Shown one piece after another: positions 62,044 to 64,000 of a DNA stretch of 64,000 nucleotides. The stretch comes from Lingula anatina (Eukaryota; Animalia; Brachiopoda): the NCBI GenBank assembly GCA_051362555.1, contig CM120642.1:25606001-25670000 (forward strand), written 5' to 3'. Position 1 is the first letter of the stretch. Each line of letters begins with the position of its first letter. The notes beneath the pieces are model-generated. The model was not told the DNA's origin. It made no database searches and saw only the letters and a list, made by a program, of their open reading frames with translations. The translations under genes were made by a program, and so were the position numbers.

Positions 62044-63427
62044 TTATGTCTTCGTGGAAATTTTATTTATAACTACAATAGCGAACATGGCGAGGCCACA
62101 TATTAAATACCCAACTGCTAATATCACAAATACCAATGAGTAGGAGTTCTGCCAGTCGTATATAGCACCTGAAATCATGAAAAAATATCCTGCATTATCG
62201 ATTTGGTATGCATTTTGATGCAAAACATTATCCACTTACATATTGTAAAAAGAAATTGCGATCCCTAGAAAAGAAGCGATTCTTTGTTGTCAAATTTTAT
62301 TTTTTAAATGCCCAAGTTGCTAGGATACTTAACTTATACTGACAGTTTTGTACGATATATAGAAATAATTATTTTAAAACAAATGCTTCTTAATTATGTT
62401 TAATTTCATACCTGATAGATACGGCGCTACGGCCATTCCAACGTATGTACCGCCACTGCAGATGACATATACTTGTTGCACGTTTTGCCCAGACATAACT
62501 TCTGAGCATGACGCATACATAGCAGAGAATAATGGACCCTGACCAAAACCTAGAACTGTTATCAGAACGGAAACGTTGCATTAGCATTGCTTTGGAGAAT
62601 CCACGATATGAAACGGAGAAATATGGGTTGGGAAGTCGGAAAGGGTAGAAAAACCCCTTCTTCTAAGCATTTAAGTTCTGTTCACCAATTCTTGGGCATA
62701 CCAAATGCAGTACGCCTATACTGTCTATATCCGACTCATCACGTCATAATTTTTAGGATGATAAGTCTTATTGAATATTTGATATATATTTTTATTCCTA
62801 AGACCAAAACATTTAATACAGGCAACAATTTGCTATATTGTTATTATTGTTAAAATGACTAGGATAGTGGGACTAAATAATAAAAGCGGTCTTGTTTGGC
62901 CAAATCTCGAACAATCTATATTCATTGTTGTCTTCTTTCTTGTTATGAATGGGACTTTGATAGTTTGTGGTATACTGGGATGGAGGAGACATAAATCTAG
63001 AGTGTTACTTTTCCCTCTTGGGAAGGCATGGGTACTGGATACATCTTAACGAAAGATGTACCAATACATTAAATATACAGGTGTAGTAACGTTTACAGTG
63101 TCAAGGGACAATCATAGCAACTACCATGCTTAATTTATCACATCATATTAATCACAATTTCAAGTTCAAACATATCCACTATGGAATCATTTCAAATGTA
63201 CCTATACTATACGGTATAAACGCTGTAGGTGACGTGGCAGCATATCCCAAGAGCATGTTTGCCGCTAAGATTAACGCCAAAACTGCGTGTATCTTCAATA
63301 TATGTCCCTTCACACGGTCCCCAACTAGGGTTGTGGCTAAACGACTAAAGAAATTACAAACTGCCTCTGTCGTCATAAACCTAACTGCCACATAGGACGG
63401 TAAACCCATGTCTTCTAAGTGCTTGAT
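62044..63427 (-). CDS. MFS SLC16-like copy E, 3' part (exons 63427-63202, 62555-62412, 62168-62044); 5' exons lie beyond the window end
   Basis: Exon sizes 226/144/125, open frame, canonical splice sites; ends KISTKT*, 7-10 aa shorter than its paralogs. Confidence 0.82.
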
Positions 63428-64000
63428 CTGTAAAAAAAATCAAACATAATTGTATATTATCCAAATTGGACACACACATATACATAATTGTCATTTTCAA
63501 TTTCTCCTTCTTCTGTTAAGGACAACTCCATGGGATTTAACCGCCAAAAATGATTTTACCGGGGAAACAAGCTGGTACCAACGAATCATATATCTAGCCC
63601 TCTTTATCTGGTCATCTGTGCACTTGAATTCGACCTTTAATTAAATCTTTATTGGTTGATTTAGTTTAAAATGATTGGTCAGTCATTATTACCAGCAGCC
63701 ATCTTCCTTAGTTTAATGGAAGTATCAACATACGGTACGTTCCAGAAAAATATTTTTAAAGGGGTAAAATCGTACTTAAGGTGTATGCAAGGTTTTATAA
63801 GAAGCTGTGGATGGCAAAAAAGCATTTTGGGGATTTCCAAACCCATGGAGTGTGCCTTTTAAATTTGCACTTGAAGTCCAAAGGCACGTGGCAACGCAAA
63901 ATACGCATTAAAATAATACAAGAAATATATTCACTTACTCTTAATACCTTTAAGACATTTTTGTTTGGAATTTGATTAAGAAGCATTTGGTAAAAATAAA

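Overview
AT-rich, intron-containing eukaryotic DNA, most likely from an invertebrate animal (class A GPCRs, spliceosomal introns, PIF/Harbinger, mariner, Helentron-like and CR1/L2 repeats). It is not a prokaryotic window and I saw no CRISPR array, rRNA or tRNA. Genes from left to right: an orphan class A GPCR with an intronless CDS (minus); a 4-exon stand-alone condensation-domain/alcohol-acetyltransferase-like (HxxxDG) acyltransferase (plus, 481 aa when spliced by hand); and a tandem array of divergent 7-exon SLC16/monocarboxylate-transporter-like MFS genes (minus). The array has 2 intact copies, 1 copy with a 1-bp frameshift, 1 copy running off the window end and 4 fragments. Inside the array lie a decayed two-gene Harbinger transposon, a LamG-like + PAN/Apple gene that interrupts an MFS exon, and a second orphan GPCR flanked by direct repeats. 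The most interesting hypothesis is a metazoan acyltransferase + transporters + receptors small-molecule signalling cluster, which is inference from co-location only. Directly visible oddities include a conserved GC-AG intron, a 93-bp repeat that multiplies a splice donor, and several readable breakpoint scars. All gene models were spliced by eye and family calls come from motif recognition, not database searches.
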